Assembly (NCBI GenBank): GCA_965645245.1 | Contig: OZ287070.1 | Location: forward strand, 930,001 to 994,000 | DNA length: 64,000 bases | From: Massalongia carnosa | Lineage: Eukaryota | Reading direction: 5' to 3' | Part shown: piece by piece, positions 61,547-64,000 of the stretch | Position numbering within the stretch: position 1 is the stretch's first letter | Layout: each line of letters starts with the position of its first letter | Position numbers and translations under genes: made by a program | Notes under the pieces: generated by a model | Databases searched by the model: none | Told to the model about the DNA's origin: nothing | The model's input: only the letters and a program-made list of their open reading frames with translations

Positions 61547-63314
61547 CTAATAATGTTCCTTCCAAAACCGAAACCGAACATCCTTCCCCCCAACCTCCTT
61601 TGTCGCCTTCTTGATATCCCGAGCCGCTGCGTTCGGCCCACAGAAATATACCCCCACATCGGTCTTCAAGCTCCCCTCCAGACCTCCGATATAAGTGCCG
61701 TCCAAAATCCCATCCCGCAACGCCATGAACAGCCGCTTGAAATCCGGCCGCCCAAAGTTCGTGCGCGATCGCAGTTCCGTCAAGTAGTCGACCGTGCCGC
61801 CGACGCTGTTGAGCTGGATGTTGGTTGTGGTGTCGACATCGAGACGCTGCGTGAGGTAGGTGTGAATGCGCAGGAATTCGGGCCCCCCGCCCGACCCCGC
61901 CGCGGCGGCGAGCGATTGCGCCTCAAGGGAGGAGAGCAGAGTTTGGAACCATTCAAAGGAGCTGGTATCCTTACAGACCCAGATGAACTCGACGCGGCGG
62001 AGACGGCGTGGCGGGTTGGGCCCGGCGCGCTGGTTGTAAATATTCTTGAGGATCGAGGCCCATGGCGTGACGCCGATGCCGGTGCCGATGAGGACGGCGA
62101 TTTCGTTGTCAAAGACGTCTTCCGCGGGGGCACCATAGGGCCCGTCGATGCGGATGTCTGGCATGGTTTGGCCGTTCTGCAACGCAATTTCGTACATCCC
62201 CATGGGATCCAGGGCGTCATAGTCTTTGGCTTGGGAGGGGCCCGCACCCAGAGCGTCGCCGAGCGCCCGGGTGAAGTCACCGACTTGCCGGACGTGAATG
62301 GAGATGTAGTCGTCAAAGGGGCAGGAGGTGATGGTGAAAGGATGCCATTGGGTGGTGGAGACGGAGGGGACGTTAAGGAGAAGCCATTGCCCAGCTTTAT
62401 ACCTTTTCATCATGCTGGGTTTGACAAATTGAATCTCCAGCGCGTCGTACGGATGACGGATCACTTTGGTGATTTGCGTCGGACGGCGGGAGTTGATTTC
62501 GCGGTAGATGCGCTCCATCAGGTAGATGGCACCGCCCCAAAGTTCCCAGCGCCAGCCTTCATAGCCAAGGCAGTGGTTCCAGAAAGGCGAGCCGGCGAAG
62601 GGCGAGTAAGGGAGAGGAGTGTCCCGTACGAAACATCCAGTGGCGTGAGTGTAGAGGGCAAGGAGGAAAGGAATAAAAAGGTGGTGGGTATACCAGAAGG
62701 TTTCGTAGGATTGCTGGCGGATTTTGGCGTGGGCGGTGGTGAACATGAGTAGCATGCAGAGAAGCATGACATGCCCGGTGATGCCACCGGCTTCGGTGTA
62801 ATGTATCTGTACCGCCGAAACTGGACGAATCTGAGTCCGCTCAACGTTGAAGAAACTTGTCTCCATTAGAATTGCCACCAGATGACAAGTTGGCCATGTG
62901 ACTCACTTAACGTAATGTGCTGATACATGGATGATGGTCCAAAACAGCAACGAGTAGGCCGTTTGGCGATGGAACCATTGCGACTCGTCGAGGGGCAACC
63001 ATCGGATCTTTGGTCTGACCCACCGCAGAACATTCTTACACATGGGGAGAAGGATGATTGCCGCATCTACCGACAGCGCCAAACCTGCGCCCCGCGACAT
63101 CCATACGGAAAATGTAAGGGTATTCAAGCCATCCAGCCGGTGATCTGTAGCCTGCTTCCACCTGTTGCTCGAGTTAACGTGTTTTCAGACTGCCCAACTC
63201 TCGCTTTGCTTACCATCCAAACACAAAAAGCGCAACATGAAGGCCGTGAAATAAACCATTAAAGACCAACTTCCGTACCGTAAACGCCTTGCTCCAAGCC
63301 GATTCCTCAGCCAT
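61547..63314 (-). CDS. noxA: NADPH oxidase catalytic subunit NoxA/Nox1 (gp91phox family), 3 exons
   Basis: SRGAG, WFHRQ, HVSAHY, YETFWYTHHLF, FAD motif QWHPFTITS, NADPH motifs IDGPYG, GTGIGVTP and VYFCGP, and C-terminal FWKEHY. It lacks the NoxB N-terminal extension. Start MAEESAWSKAF at 63314. Confidence 0.95.
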
Positions 63315-64000
63315 GGCTAAAATGTGATGTATACACTCCACCCAACAATGCGGACCACGATGGCTGGTTCAACAAGATAACGATCCTTAGTAGCGAAGGA
63401 TGTACCGTGAGAGGTGACTTGGTCAAAGGCCGAGGATATCCAGCTAACTAATTGCAGCAACAGGAAGCTCTCGATGTTATGAACGTGCGCAGACTACTCG
63501 ATGATCCTGTTTTCCCCTTTGTGAATGTGACCGGCACGAACGTCGACTGTACGTGAGATAGTCACACCGTCTCCCAATGCCATGAAAACCACCAGGGTAT
63601 TTCCAAGGCCAGAGGCCTTTCCAACGCCTTGTGTGATGCCGAATTTCACCCTCTAATGTGCGAGACACTAGTATCGTAGCTTCCTGCTATGAAATGTGGT
63701 GATGCTGATCGTGATCGTAGGAAGAACTGACAGTGGATGTCGACGGTGCGGGGAGGTTGTTAACTGCAGCGGATCCTTGGCGGACAATCTTATATACCAA
63801 GCTGCACTCGTAGGAGATTTTAGCGGTTCATCGCACTTGGTATCTTTTCTTTCTTAGACCACATGGACGGAGTGATTCATGCTGTTTAATGCTTGGTGTT
63901 GCAAGACGCGCTGTGTCGGAGGTTTTCTCGGTGTACTCAGGATCGACGACCGGCGGCAAGCAAGGAGGATCTGGGGATCAAAGAATTGGATGTGTATTAG

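Noticed and set aside
61553..62752. 399-aa plus-strand ORF antisense to NoxA (similar shadow ORFs overlap DSK2, SSU72 and the PLP lyase)
   Set aside because: Expected by-product of high GC3 on the coding strand; no motifs.
1..64000. Biosynthetic or functional gene cluster
   Set aside because: No PKS, NRPS or terpene backbone gene; the genes are functionally unrelated housekeeping and signalling loci.

Overview
Gene-dense, intron-containing DNA from a filamentous ascomycete (Pezizomycotina). Typical introns are about 50-190 nt with GT donors, CTRAY branch points and YAG/AAG acceptors. I can support about 20 protein-coding loci: a Zn2Cys6 transcription factor running off the left edge, a FYVE-RING E3 ligase, a TRP/Flc-like membrane protein, a GT71 mannosyltransferase, a Cys/Met PLP lyase, a DUF4185-like protein, U2AF1, DOMON-cytochrome b561, Ssu72, an Nbp2-like SH3 protein, Ent3 epsin, an SP-RING protein, Boi1/2, an Ngr1/Nam8-type triple-RRM protein, Dsk2, NoxA and several hypothetical proteins. 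There is also a frameshifted Fmp42-like pseudogene and a 2.5-kb non-autonomous CACTA-type DNA transposon. The best finding is at the 3' end of the Nam8/Ngr1-like gene, which appears to be a nested [D1,2] twin intron (stwintron). Removing a 52-nt intron creates a TAA stop and, at the same junction, a new GTAAGA donor. That donor splices in frame to a distal coding exon about 590 nt away, giving a two-step short/long isoform switch. Other signals are a recurring promoter motif TAC-N3-GTA that is multimerised into tandem arrays, substitutions at conserved U2AF1 positions alongside frequent AAG acceptors, and GC-rich islands with a C-to-G skew flip inside genes. All gene models were derived by eye and are not confirmed by transcript data.
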